This document shows positions 9,844 to 17,834 of a DNA stretch of 35,089 bases, one piece after another. The DNA comes from a virus (lineage: Duplodnaviria > Caudoviricetes). The stretch's first letter is position 1; each line of letters opens with the position of its first letter. The notes beneath the pieces were generated by a model. That model was not told the DNA's origin, did no database searches, and saw only the letters and a list, made by a program, of their open reading frames with translations. The position numbers and the translations under genes were made by a program. The stretch covers positions 1 to 35,089 of IMG/VR virus record IMGVR_UViG_3300046167_000122; one strand, 5' to 3'.

Positions 9844-10080
9844 TTAACTCCTTGGTTTCTTCTTTTTCATAGGAACACCGCGAGCTTTAGCGGCAGTTTT
9901 CATCTTAGCGTCTATTTCAGCATTAGACATTTGCTCCATCATCTTGCGACGGTTAGCAGGACTAGGAAGATCTGCACCAGCATCTTTATACGCTTTACGA
10001 ATCATAGCTTCTACTTCTGCTTGTGTATAAGTTTTTACAGGAGTTTTCTTTTTAGTTTTAGGTTTTGGAGCAAGAGGCAT
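9844..10080 (-). CDS. Small Lys-rich hypothetical protein
   Basis: AAGG RBS; tightly packed in the operon. Confidence 0.65.
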   Translation of the reverse strand: MPLAPKPKTKKKTPVKTYTQAEVEAMIRKAYKDAGADLPSPANRRKMMEQMSNAEIDAKMKTAAKARGVPMKKKKPRS

Positions 10081-10090
10081 AATTATTTCC

Positions 10091-10357
10091 TTACCATTTT
10101 TTACACGACCAATATCGTGCTGTTAGTTTACTGGGTGGATTAGTGTCGCACTTGTGACGTGCTCTGAATGACTTACGACGTGCAGGCTGGTCTTTTTTAA
10201 TAGTCATCTTAGCGTCACCAAAACGAATAGTTTTAGTCTTGTCGCCTTCTTTTGCTACTACTACAAACTTTTTAGTTGGATGACTAGGTGTTCTTTTTGG
10301 TTTGTTGTACCCGCTTACGCCCGCTCGTGCTAGTTTTGGGTCCTTCGACTTTGGCAT
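10091..10357 (-). CDS. Small basic protein (IRFG...RKSFRARHKC...ARYWS family)
   Basis: GGAGG RBS; TAATG coupling to the portal stop; recognisable viral motif. Confidence 0.75.
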   Translation of the reverse strand: MPKSKDPKLARAGVSGYNKPKRTPSHPTKKFVVVAKEGDKTKTIRFGDAKMTIKKDQPARRKSFRARHKCDTNPPSKLTARYWSCKKW

Positions 10358-10490
10358 TAGATAATTCCTCCACCTTGATTTCCATTTGGTTCAGCTGGTC
10401 CTCTAGGACTTTGAGGCGCTGGAACGTCCCCTTGAAGTGGTCGTTGACTTGGTCTAGCAGGGACTGCATCTCTTTTTGTGTTATTAGCAT
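10284..10490 (-). CDS. 68-aa coiled-coil protein overlapping the portal C-terminus
   Basis: AAGG-type RBS upstream; amphipathic helical sequence; fully overlapped by its neighbours. Confidence 0.5.
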   Translation of the reverse strand: MLITQKEMQSLLDQVNDHFKGTFQRLKVLEDQLNQMEIKVEELSNAKVEGPKTSTSGRKRVQQTKKNT

Positions 10491-12411
10491 TTTCTTTACC
10501 TTCTATTGCTTTTTCTTTGAGGAGAGTCTCAGCCACTTTCATGCGACGTTCAAACTCTTTATCTTCTTGATCACCTTCTTTAAGGTTTCGGGTGATAGCA
10601 TTAATCTTATCTATTTCTAGTTCTTGTGGTACGACAGCAGCTTCAGCAGCCAACTTAGCAGCTCTTGCTTGTGACTCTTGAGCTTGAGCAGACAACGCTT
10701 GCGTCTGTGATTGTTGGAACTGCATTTGTAATTGTTGTGCTTGTTGTTGCATTTGCTGTTGTTGTGGGTTAGGTTGTGAAGCTTGGGCTAAGGCTGCTAA
10801 TAGTTCTTCACGGTTAGAAAGGTTCATGTTGTCAACAACAGATTGTATTAATGTGTTATACAACGGCGACTCTTTACCCATCGTCTGCAATAACTGTACT
10901 AGCTGAGTAACTTCGTACTCACGAGCAATAATACCCAAAGTACTACTAGCGTTAAACTTGTAGTCAGCTACAGGATAGTTTTCAGGATCAAACTGCATGT
11001 AACGGTATGCGGCTTTCTTAACAAAAGGAATAAGAAAAGACTGTTGGAAGTTAATCAGTGTACGCTTATGGCGTTTAATAATAGCGCCAAGAGACATACT
11101 AATACCAGCGGCAGTACTCTCGCCATTAACTTGACCTGCAATTCCTGCTGAGTCCACTGCTCCTGTCGCTTGCTGTACCATCTGCTGCAGTGCTCCGGCC
11201 TGAGCAAAAGTGATTTGATTGACTTGACCAAAGTTGAACGGTTGAAGTACTTCACGAGGATCCCCACTAGTTAAAATTATTTTACCGGGCCTTACTTCTG
11301 GTTTAGAACCTCTAGGTAAACGTGTAGCATCCATTGCCATCATGGGATGAATAGTTAAGCTTAGGGCGTCAATACGAGCACGTAACTCTGTGTCAAGTGC
11401 TTTTTGACTGTTATAACCTTTTTCGCAAACACCACGACCCCAAAAACGTCCGGGTACTACGTCCCAAGGAAAAGCAACAACAGGACGATCTTCCATCATA
11501 TAAGGATTAGCTTCAGCTTTAAGAAGTATACCCCCGTTAGCAATCACTACAACGGCTTCTACGTACTTTGAATCAGGTCCTTCTTCTTGTACTAGTTCTT
11601 CTACATCGTCGCTTACAGCGGATTCTAGAAGCTCTCGTGGTACTAAACCATAGTACTTTGTAAGTCTTACTTTATCATCACTATAAACAGTTAAGTCTTG
11701 ATCAGGTTCCAAGTCAGTATCAGGAGCGGCAGGACCAACATATACGTCACGATATACTCCTTGTTCTTGTAATAGTTCTACATGATGTTGACTGACAAAT
11801 TCATCAATAGCTACACCCATAGCATCTTCTACAGACGTAGCTACAGGATCTATTAAAAAGTTTTGAGGAAGTACAGGTTTAAGTTTTACAACAACACGGT
11901 CAGTAATGTTTACTCCTACTGCTTGTAAATCTCCGCCCATAATAGGTTGAGTAGCAGGAGCCATTTCTTTCATTTCTTCAATAACTATTTCACCAATGCC
12001 TGTACCAAACACTGCTGAATTAATTAAACACTCTGCTACAGCTTTACGTACCATGCAGTTTTCAAAGTCTTCTGTAAGTTTATTACGTAAAAACTGTACG
12101 TCTTGTTTTTCTGTATCGCCTAAGTTATCAGAAACATCAAACCACTTTCCTCGTCCAAATGTAGCTTCTTCTAACTCAGCAACATTAGACTCAACTGCCT
12201 GTTGAAGTGCAGGAGAAATAATGCGGGAACGCTCAGACCCACGCTCGCTGTCAGCAGGATCCCATTGACCACGCCATAATCTATAGTATTCTTCAAATTT
12301 TTGTTCATAATTGCTTTCGTAGTTATCTCTCCAGTTTTCACATTTATTTATAACCCAATCTTCTAGAGACTCTTGGATCATCAATGGATCTTGTTCATAC
12401 AGTTCAGTCAT
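10357..12411 (-). CDS. Portal protein
   Basis: 684 aa following TerL; PGRFWGRGVCE motif; Gln-rich C-terminal barrel-type coiled coil. Confidence 0.9.
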   Translation of the reverse strand: MTELYEQDPLMIQESLEDWVINKCENWRDNYESNYEQKFEEYYRLWRGQWDPADSERGSERSRIISPALQQAVESNVAELEEATFGRGKWFDVSDNLGDTEKQDVQFLRNKLTEDFENCMVRKAVAECLINSAVFGTGIGEIVIEEMKEMAPATQPIMGGDLQAVGVNITDRVVVKLKPVLPQNFLIDPVATSVEDAMGVAIDEFVSQHHVELLQEQGVYRDVYVGPAAPDTDLEPDQDLTVYSDDKVRLTKYYGLVPRELLESAVSDDVEELVQEEGPDSKYVEAVVVIANGGILLKAEANPYMMEDRPVVAFPWDVVPGRFWGRGVCEKGYNSQKALDTELRARIDALSLTIHPMMAMDATRLPRGSKPEVRPGKIILTSGDPREVLQPFNFGQVNQITFAQAGALQQMVQQATGAVDSAGIAGQVNGESTAAGISMSLGAIIKRHKRTLINFQQSFLIPFVKKAAYRYMQFDPENYPVADYKFNASSTLGIIAREYEVTQLVQLLQTMGKESPLYNTLIQSVVDNMNLSNREELLAALAQASQPNPQQQQMQQQAQQLQMQFQQSQTQALSAQAQESQARAAKLAAEAAVVPQELEIDKINAITRNLKEGDQEDKEFERRMKVAETLLKEKAIEGKENANNTKRDAVPARPSQRPLQGDVPAPQSPRGPAEPNGNQGGGII

Positions 12412-12412
12412 A

Positions 12413-13666
12413 TCAGTATCCTGCTACAATATCTAAAATTTCAGGCTCATCGAAATCTATATCCCCTATACCATAAGGAACATTAGCCAGTTGATCTACA
12501 TACGCAAGCGAGTCAACTAAATCGTCATGCGTTAAAGGATCAGGAAACTGAAACAGTTGATCTAAAAATCGACTGTTCCATTCACCTTTGTTTAAAGTAA
12601 TTGTGTTGTTTTCAAATCTACCTTGTAAACTCCACATTATTCTGTCTGTCTTTTTTCTGTTACCGTGTGTTAATTCTTGTATTCTAAAAAACTGTGCATA
12701 CTTCTTTTGTAAGTTAAGTAAGGGAGACATAACTGCCTGTTTAGCAATTCCTCTTTCAATGCCAACAGAAATAGGATGGTAATCACGTACAGCCTGAAAG
12801 ATTTTGACGGCTGTTTCATCTAATGTCCAACGACCATATATAATGTTCTCTACGAACCAATCTCCATTATCTCCTACTTTAACTATAGATATAGCAGTTT
12901 CGTCAAGCTTGGTATTTTTTGTACGTTTTTTACCTACTTCTTCAAAACCCGCCAAGTCAATTGCAATGTAGTAGTCACCGTTGTCTGGCTCTTCACCAAA
13001 ACTAACCCAGTCCTCTTTAAACATTTCTGACCCACGAGCTTCAAACGACGCCATAAACTCCTGACGAAACGCATAAGAAGACATAGATCTTTTAGCAATG
13101 TCAATTTCATCTGGATCCAAAATAGGGTTATCGTAAGATGTAAAATGCCAAGCCTTGTACGTAGGGTCATCATCTAGCTCTGCATACTTATACAACTCGT
13201 AGAAGTGATTCCTTCCCATTGGTGTACCAATAAACATTGCACAGCCTTTCTGATCCGCAAGTGCGGGTCTAAGTATCTGTTCAAATACTTCAGGCTTCAT
13301 GTCAGCGTACTCGTCCATTACTAAGAACTTGAGGCTGACACCTCGCATGGTTTCTGGTCTATCGGCTCCCTTGAGACTGATAGTGGCTCCATTAATAAGC
13401 TTAATTTGAAGATTATTAACATGACTACCACTGATAACTTCATGCCCGAGATCGAGAAGGGTGGTCCACATGATGTCTCTGGCTTGTCCTTGAGTAGGTG
13501 CGACGTAAAATACATGGCCTCTTTCCGCCTGAAGTGCGTTAACTATTAACATCCACGCTGCTAACCTAGACTTACCTGTACGTCGTCCAGCAGCTACTAT
13601 TTTAAATCTTGTTTCATCTGCCCAAACATCTTGCTGCCAAGGCAGTAGTTCTATATTAAGATCCAT
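12413..13666 (-). CDS. terL: Terminase large subunit
   Basis: Walker A AGRRTGKS, Walker B LVMDE, motif III GTP, nuclease IAIDLA and HDDLVDS. Confidence 0.95.
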   Translation of the reverse strand: MDLNIELLPWQQDVWADETRFKIVAAGRRTGKSRLAAWMLIVNALQAERGHVFYVAPTQGQARDIMWTTLLDLGHEVISGSHVNNLQIKLINGATISLKGADRPETMRGVSLKFLVMDEYADMKPEVFEQILRPALADQKGCAMFIGTPMGRNHFYELYKYAELDDDPTYKAWHFTSYDNPILDPDEIDIAKRSMSSYAFRQEFMASFEARGSEMFKEDWVSFGEEPDNGDYYIAIDLAGFEEVGKKRTKNTKLDETAISIVKVGDNGDWFVENIIYGRWTLDETAVKIFQAVRDYHPISVGIERGIAKQAVMSPLLNLQKKYAQFFRIQELTHGNRKKTDRIMWSLQGRFENNTITLNKGEWNSRFLDQLFQFPDPLTHDDLVDSLAYVDQLANVPYGIGDIDFDEPEILDIVAGY

Positions 13667-14009
13667 TAAAGTTATTAAATACCGCTGGTGCTTCTAACAA
13701 ATCAAATGTAACAACTACTTCTACATTCCCTGCACTGCCTGCCGAAGCTTTAATAATATCGCCGGGCTGTAGAACAAACACGGCATTACCGTCAATCAGC
13801 AGGTTTTCTTTTGACGATATGTTAGTACCGTTGTAGATATACACGTCTGGAGTGGGACTAGGCTTGTCTACAAATAACGTAATGTCATTGGTAGAGTTAT
13901 GCAGGTTAGCAATAAACGCCATATTCCAGTGAGCTACGTAGCCATTAGGAATAGTAACAATCTCTTGAGTACTAGTATCTGTTAGGTTCTTATTCTTTGT
14001 ATATAACAT
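13656..14009 (-). CDS. Hypothetical beta-rich protein
   Basis: Start MLYTKNKNL coupled to the upstream stop (TAATG); VLQPGDII motif. Confidence 0.65.
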   Translation of the reverse strand: MLYTKNKNLTDTSTQEIVTIPNGYVAHWNMAFIANLHNSTNDITLFVDKPSPTPDVYIYNGTNISSKENLLIDGNAVFVLQPGDIIKASAGSAGNVEVVVTFDLLEAPAVFNNFNGS

Positions 14010-14359
14010 TAGTAAGTCCACATAACAGGAGTTGTACCACGAGTATCAACGTGTACAAAATCAGAAGCAATCCCTATTCCTGTAAATCCTAAACGAATAG
14101 CATGCGTTACAATCTTAAGGCGAAACACGGCGTTTGTTATTTTTATATCCGCCGCGATGCCCTGCGCGTGAGTGCCGGGTACGTCTTTCTCAGCCTCTAT
14201 TGGATGCTCAGTAGGGTGTCGATACCCACTGGTAATCTGGAAAGGAAAACCACACGCCTCACGTAACTCGTCTAACTTCTCTAGAAAGTCTCTCTCCATG
14301 TTGTTGGTGCCAGTTACTTGGCAGTTAAACTCTGAAGGATCAAAATGCTTAAGATTCAT
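14009..14359 (-). CDS. Peptidase M15 family Zn peptidase (probable endolysin)
   Basis: ITSGYR, HAQGIAAD, FVHVD motifs. Confidence 0.9.
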   Translation of the reverse strand: MNLKHFDPSEFNCQVTGTNNMERDFLEKLDELREACGFPFQITSGYRHPTEHPIEAEKDVPGTHAQGIAADIKITNAVFRLKIVTHAIRLGFTGIGIASDFVHVDTRGTTPVMWTY

Positions 14360-14726
14360 CTACTACTTCACCTTCTATTGTTGTAGGTTCATTTACGTCT
14401 ACTGTACCAACACCACTAATGTTAATCTGAATGGCGTTACGACCACCATCTTTAACTATATCTTTTTCAAATGCAGCAACAGGAAGGATACGATCCATAA
14501 CTAACTTCCATGCTGCTGATTGATTCTTATGTTCTGGGTCTAACGCTGCATCAAATATAGCGTCCATAACAGCACGAGAACGAGGAGAGTTAAGCATTCG
14601 TGCTTTGTATTCGTTGATGATGGCTGCATCACCCTTTGGGCGTCCAACAGAACTCCTGTTACCTTTCTTTTTACTAGTAACAGAACTTCTTTTAGGTCTA
14701 CCAACAGGATTCTTTTTTTCTGTCAT
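14349..14726 (-). CDS. Probable terminase small subunit
   Basis: First late-arm gene; GRPK repeats; helical core; IQINISG...IEGEVV tail. Confidence 0.6.
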   Translation of the reverse strand: MTEKKNPVGRPKRSSVTSKKKGNRSSVGRPKGDAAIINEYKARMLNSPRSRAVMDAIFDAALDPEHKNQSAAWKLVMDRILPVAAFEKDIVKDGGRNAIQINISGVGTVDVNEPTTIEGEVVDES

Positions 14727-14843
14727 CTGTATAGGCTCTACCTAGAAAAGGTTTCTGGTTTAATTCTTATACTTGTAGGTAATTAGTACTAGTAATATGT
14801 ACTTATACTAAGTACTTTTTGTTATTGATCTATATATACATAT

Positions 14844-14872
14844 ATTATAGCATACTTTTATGCGTTTGTCAA
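14844..14872 (-). promoter_or_regulatory. Consensus sigma70 promoter heading the late arm
   Basis: TTGACA-17-TATAAT; 29/32 identical to the 9360 promoter. Confidence 0.85.
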
Positions 14873-15087
14873 CCCCTAATAGCATTCTGTAGGGAAAAAA
14901 CACTGTATTTACAGCACAGATTCTACGCTTTTACAGTGCAGATTATCTTTATTCCTTAGAATTATAGTAAATCTTTGATATATAACAAAAAGAACTAGTA
15001 ATAAAGACTTCTAATTTTGCTCTTTTTTGTATCTGGGTAGCTACTACTACGTTGCGCATTGTAGTGTGCGGCCCCCCGTGTATGTTT

Positions 15088-15122
15088 TTGGCATGGATAT
15101 TGCTATTGGCACGCTATTTGCC
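15088..15122 (+). promoter_or_regulatory. Two tandem sigma54 (-24/-12) consensus sites
   Basis: TTGGCATGGATATTGCT and TTGGCACGCTATTTGCC, both with GG-N10-GC spacing. Confidence 0.6.
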
Positions 15123-15185
15123 CTGTTGACATGGGGTCAATTATGTGCATGTGAGAGTCAGTGAAGTACCCTTTAAGCTACCTAG

Positions 15186-15201
15186 ATTAACTGGAGTTAA
15201 T
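15186..15201. repeat. 16-bp palindrome ATTAAC-TGGA-GTTAAT, copy 1
   Basis: Exact match to the copies at 15261, 15969 and 22846. Confidence 0.9.
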
Positions 15202-15230
15202 TTGACTCTAACTACTGGTTTTAGTAATAT
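15202..15230 (+). promoter_or_regulatory. Probable sigma70 promoter for the first early gene
   Basis: TTGACT-17-TAATAT. Confidence 0.5.
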
Positions 15231-15260
15231 GTACCTGTCGACGCAATAACGCGCGGCATA

Positions 15261-15276
15261 ATTAACTGGAGTTAAT
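15261..15276. repeat. 16-bp palindrome, copy 2, over the RBS of ORF 15280
   Basis: Exact sequence match. Confidence 0.9.
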
Positions 15277-15279
15277 ATC

Positions 15280-15819
15280 ATGACTAACATCGACAACAGA
15301 GGCGCTGGAGCAATCGTTGCAGAGGCACAAATCAAATCAGACTTGGCACCAATGGCCGCAATGATCAAAGGCCTATCCAACGTCAAGACCAAGGAAGACA
15401 TCGCCGAATTCATGGGTGGCTATGAAGGCGGACTAGTTGCTGGCGGTAAACCTGAAGCATCCGTAAAGGTAATGATCAGCCGCGCTCGCCGCATCGCTAA
15501 GACATGGACAGCGACCGACAAAAAACTAAACGACTGGCACGGAATCAAGTCGCCAACCGATGGGCAGAAGCTCGTTAAGGCACTGGCTAAGGATTCGGGC
15601 GGACTAACTGAGCTATATGAAAAGCTTGCACCGAAAGCCGCAGAGGCTGAGCCAACAGCTGACCAGTCGGAACCAGAGACTGAAACGGAATCAACGTCGG
15701 AGCCACTCGCCAGCGAAGCGCCAGCACTGCGCCACCTACTGAGCGAATTTGTTCAGAAGGCACACGAGAACGGATACACTAACGACGAGATCAAAGCACT
15801 CATCGCAGATACACTCTGA
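15280..15819 (+). CDS. First early protein, 179 aa, unknown function
   Basis: GGAG RBS; own terminator; acidic linker. Confidence 0.85.
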   Translation: MTNIDNRGAGAIVAEAQIKSDLAPMAAMIKGLSNVKTKEDIAEFMGGYEGGLVAGGKPEASVKVMISRARRIAKTWTATDKKLNDWHGIKSPTDGQKLVKALAKDSGGLTELYEKLAPKAAEAEPTADQSEPETETESTSEPLASEAPALRHLLSEFVQKAHENGYTNDEIKALIADTL

Positions 15820-15833
15820 GACGTGACACCCTC

Positions 15834-15855
15834 GCCGCCTTCGGGCGGTTTTTTT
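15834..15855 (+). terminator. Intrinsic terminator
   Basis: GCCGCC-TTCG-GGCGGT followed by a T run. Confidence 0.9.
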
Positions 15856-15868
15856 ACACCTGAAATAA

Positions 15869-15916
15869 AGACGAGAGTCATTCGCATTTGACAATGATTC
15901 TCATTTAAGAGATAAT
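15869..15916 (+). promoter_or_regulatory. sigma70 promoter overlapped by two Fur-like boxes
   Basis: TTGACA(15888)-17-GATAAT; AGACGAGAGTCATTCGCATTT and ATTTGACAATGATTCTCATTT resemble AAATGA(G/T)AATnATT(C/A)TCATTT. Confidence 0.65.
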
Positions 15917-15968
15917 AGGTACATAGTGTGGTGTGGTGTGTAGTGCTCATACTATGTCCTGTTACTAA

Positions 15969-15984
15969 ATTAACTGGAGTTAAT
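15969..15984. repeat. 16-bp palindrome, copy 3, over the RBS of ORF 15988
   Basis: Exact sequence match. Confidence 0.9.
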
Positions 15985-15987
15985 ATT

Positions 15988-16320
15988 ATGATGATTCAAT
16001 ATTTCGATGATCGTGCAGATCGAGAGTGGTTAGGCATCGTCCCTGAGTTTTTTGGTCGTGGTGTTGTAGCGGCAAGGTTCGAGGGTGGCGGTATCAGTAC
16101 AGTAGCTGATGAGATGAACGCCATGTACGGTATGGGTGGCTTCAGTGACCATTGGCGTGGTGACATCGACAATGCTGGTGTGTATCGTGCACCAGAGGAT
16201 GAGCCGCTTGAGCCGTTCGCTCGTGTTGATTTCAACGGGTGGACAATGTGGGCTTATCCTTATTCGATATTCGGTATCAAGGACAGCGTAGGTAATCAAC
16301 GTGTTGGGAGGTTTGACTAA
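15988..16320 (+). CDS. Early hypothetical protein
   Basis: ATG after GGAG; PEDEPLEP...WAYPYS...VGRFD. Confidence 0.8.
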   Translation: MMIQYFDDRADREWLGIVPEFFGRGVVAARFEGGGISTVADEMNAMYGMGGFSDHWRGDIDNAGVYRAPEDEPLEPFARVDFNGWTMWAYPYSIFGIKDSVGNQRVGRFD

Positions 16321-16541
16321 TGGAAAATGCACAGAAAAAGTTGGATGCTTTACGTGTTGCTGTTGATGCAATGTCATCAGTATTGACTGTGAATCCACGA
16401 GCGTTCGAGGGGTATCCTGATATATTCGGAACGCTTGCACAGCTACGTATGGATCTAATCGACGTGCTTGATAGTGAGCAGTGGAGCGAGAGCTACTCCG
16501 ACGGTCCCGAAGATAATCTTCATTACATAAACGAGAGGTGA
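16320..16541 (+). CDS. Early hypothetical protein
   Basis: TAATG coupling; GGAGG upstream. Confidence 0.7.
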   Translation: MENAQKKLDALRVAVDAMSSVLTVNPRAFEGYPDIFGTLAQLRMDLIDVLDSEQWSESYSDGPEDNLHYINER

Positions 16542-16750
16542 TATATGATGCTGTTCAGCTGTTTGTTAAGCATGGGTGTGGTGCGTTTGGTTTCGAGCCA
16601 CCACTACTTACGTGTAAGCACAGCCCTATCTATCCACCTGAGATGATGGAGTTGATACGAACAGCGCAGGATATGTCACCGTACCCTGACGAGTGGAGTA
16701 GTCCTGATGAGATTGAGATGATGTTAGAGATGGCGGAGGATATTTTCTAA
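16538..16750 (+). CDS. Early hypothetical protein
   Basis: GTGA overlap with the upstream stop; acidic C-terminus. Confidence 0.55.
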   Translation: MIYDAVQLFVKHGCGAFGFEPPLLTCKHSPIYPPEMMELIRTAQDMSPYPDEWSSPDEIEMMLEMAEDIF

Positions 16751-16911
16751 TGTCTATGGTCTTTGAGTGTGTTGTATGCGATGAGTGGTTTCGCAGTGAG
16801 AAGGATGTCTACCAAGAGGACAACGGTGACTGTATTTGTGTGTCGTGTTGGGAGGATAACGAGGAAGAGCTAACGGAGAAGTACTATGGGCGAAGTAGTT
16901 CAGTTGTTTAA
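16750..16911 (+). CDS. 53-aa acidic zinc-finger protein
   Basis: Manual ORF MSMVFECVVCDEWF...CICVSCWEDN; GGAGG RBS; TAATG coupling. Confidence 0.7.
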   Translation: MSMVFECVVCDEWFRSEKDVYQEDNGDCICVSCWEDNEEELTEKYYGRSSSVV

Positions 16912-17119
16912 CAAGACAAGGGTAGTGGCTAAGTGTCTGTTGTGTGGTGATACGGACGCTTGCCTAGTTGATACGGATTCATGGAATTGGTATATTAGTA
17001 GCAGGTCAAGGCTTGTTCAGGATCTGTTTCCTAATGAGGATACGTGGACTAGAGAGATACTTATAGGTAATCGTACTGGTGCCTATATGTGTGTTGAGTG
17101 TTGTACAGAAGAGGAGTAG
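16886..17119 (+). CDS. Small zinc-finger protein
   Basis: CLLC...CVEC; GGAG RBS. Confidence 0.7.
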   Translation: MGEVVQLFNKTRVVAKCLLCGDTDACLVDTDSWNWYISSRSRLVQDLFPNEDTWTREILIGNRTGAYMCVECCTEEE

Positions 17120-17124
17120 TAGTT

Positions 17125-17451
17125 ATGCATTTTACGGAAAACAGAGTTGCGCAATACTTTATTGACGCTGTGTTGAGTGACTCAGACAAGAGCATCACTG
17201 TATGTGGTGAAGGTGAGTACGCTGACGTTGAGAAGTCTCGTGAGCACATGACCGTGTTAGACCACATGGGTGAGTGTGACTTCGATGACGTGGGTGTTTG
17301 GAGCGATGAGCTTGATGGTTACATTGCATGGTTCCAGTTTGTGTATGGCAACGTCACCAGCAACAGTGAAGCAATAGAGGTAATCGGCGACTATACTGCA
17401 AATGAGTATGGTGATACTATTATGAAAAGAGTGGAGTGGTGTACAGAATGA
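17125..17451 (+). CDS. Acidic early hypothetical protein
   Basis: GAGGAG RBS; FVYGN...EVIGDY. Confidence 0.75.
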   Translation: MHFTENRVAQYFIDAVLSDSDKSITVCGEGEYADVEKSREHMTVLDHMGECDFDDVGVWSDELDGYIAWFQFVYGNVTSNSEAIEVIGDYTANEYGDTIMKRVEWCTE

Positions 17452-17831
17452 ATGATTTACTAACAAGCAAAGAAGATCTAGCAGAGTTCCGCGACCGTGT
17501 TTCTTTATGTCGTAGTTATATTGAGTACGACATTTACAACAGTCCGCACAGTACTGAGTTCGAGGAGTTGGATGTACTTCTTGCTGATGCAGTAAGAAAG
17601 CTAGACCAACTAGACAAACTGCTAGAGGACCATGTGTATGTGTTCGAGGTGACTGTGACCGTCAGCCGTCGTGTCAATGTCAAGGGGTCGGATGAGTGCG
17701 AGGCAGAGCAAGCTGCGATGGACTACGCTATCAGCGAGTTGGATTGTCCTATCGACTGGAACGAGGACGATGTTCAGGTGTTCCGTGATGAAGATGAAGA
17801 GACCACTAGGGTCTATGATGTGGAGGTATAG
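17448..17831 (+). CDS. Acidic early hypothetical protein
   Basis: ATGA coupling; C-terminal FEVTVTV...V.GSDECEAEQAA module. Confidence 0.75.
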   Translation: MNDLLTSKEDLAEFRDRVSLCRSYIEYDIYNSPHSTEFEELDVLLADAVRKLDQLDKLLEDHVYVFEVTVTVSRRVNVKGSDECEAEQAAMDYAISELDCPIDWNEDDVQVFRDEDEETTRVYDVEV

Positions 17832-17834
17832 TGT

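Noticed and set aside
14903-14919. LexA box or NifA UAS
   Set aside because: CTGT...ACAG spacings are 4 or 9 (LexA needs 8) and TGT...ACA spacing is 9 (NifA needs 10)
15126-15140. FNR/Anr site or sigma70 promoter at TTGACATGGGGTCAA
   Set aside because: Spacer is 5, not 4, and no -10 hexamer lies at the right distance
15186-15201. CtrA box reading of the palindrome
   Set aside because: TTAA-N6-TTAA, whereas CtrA needs N7
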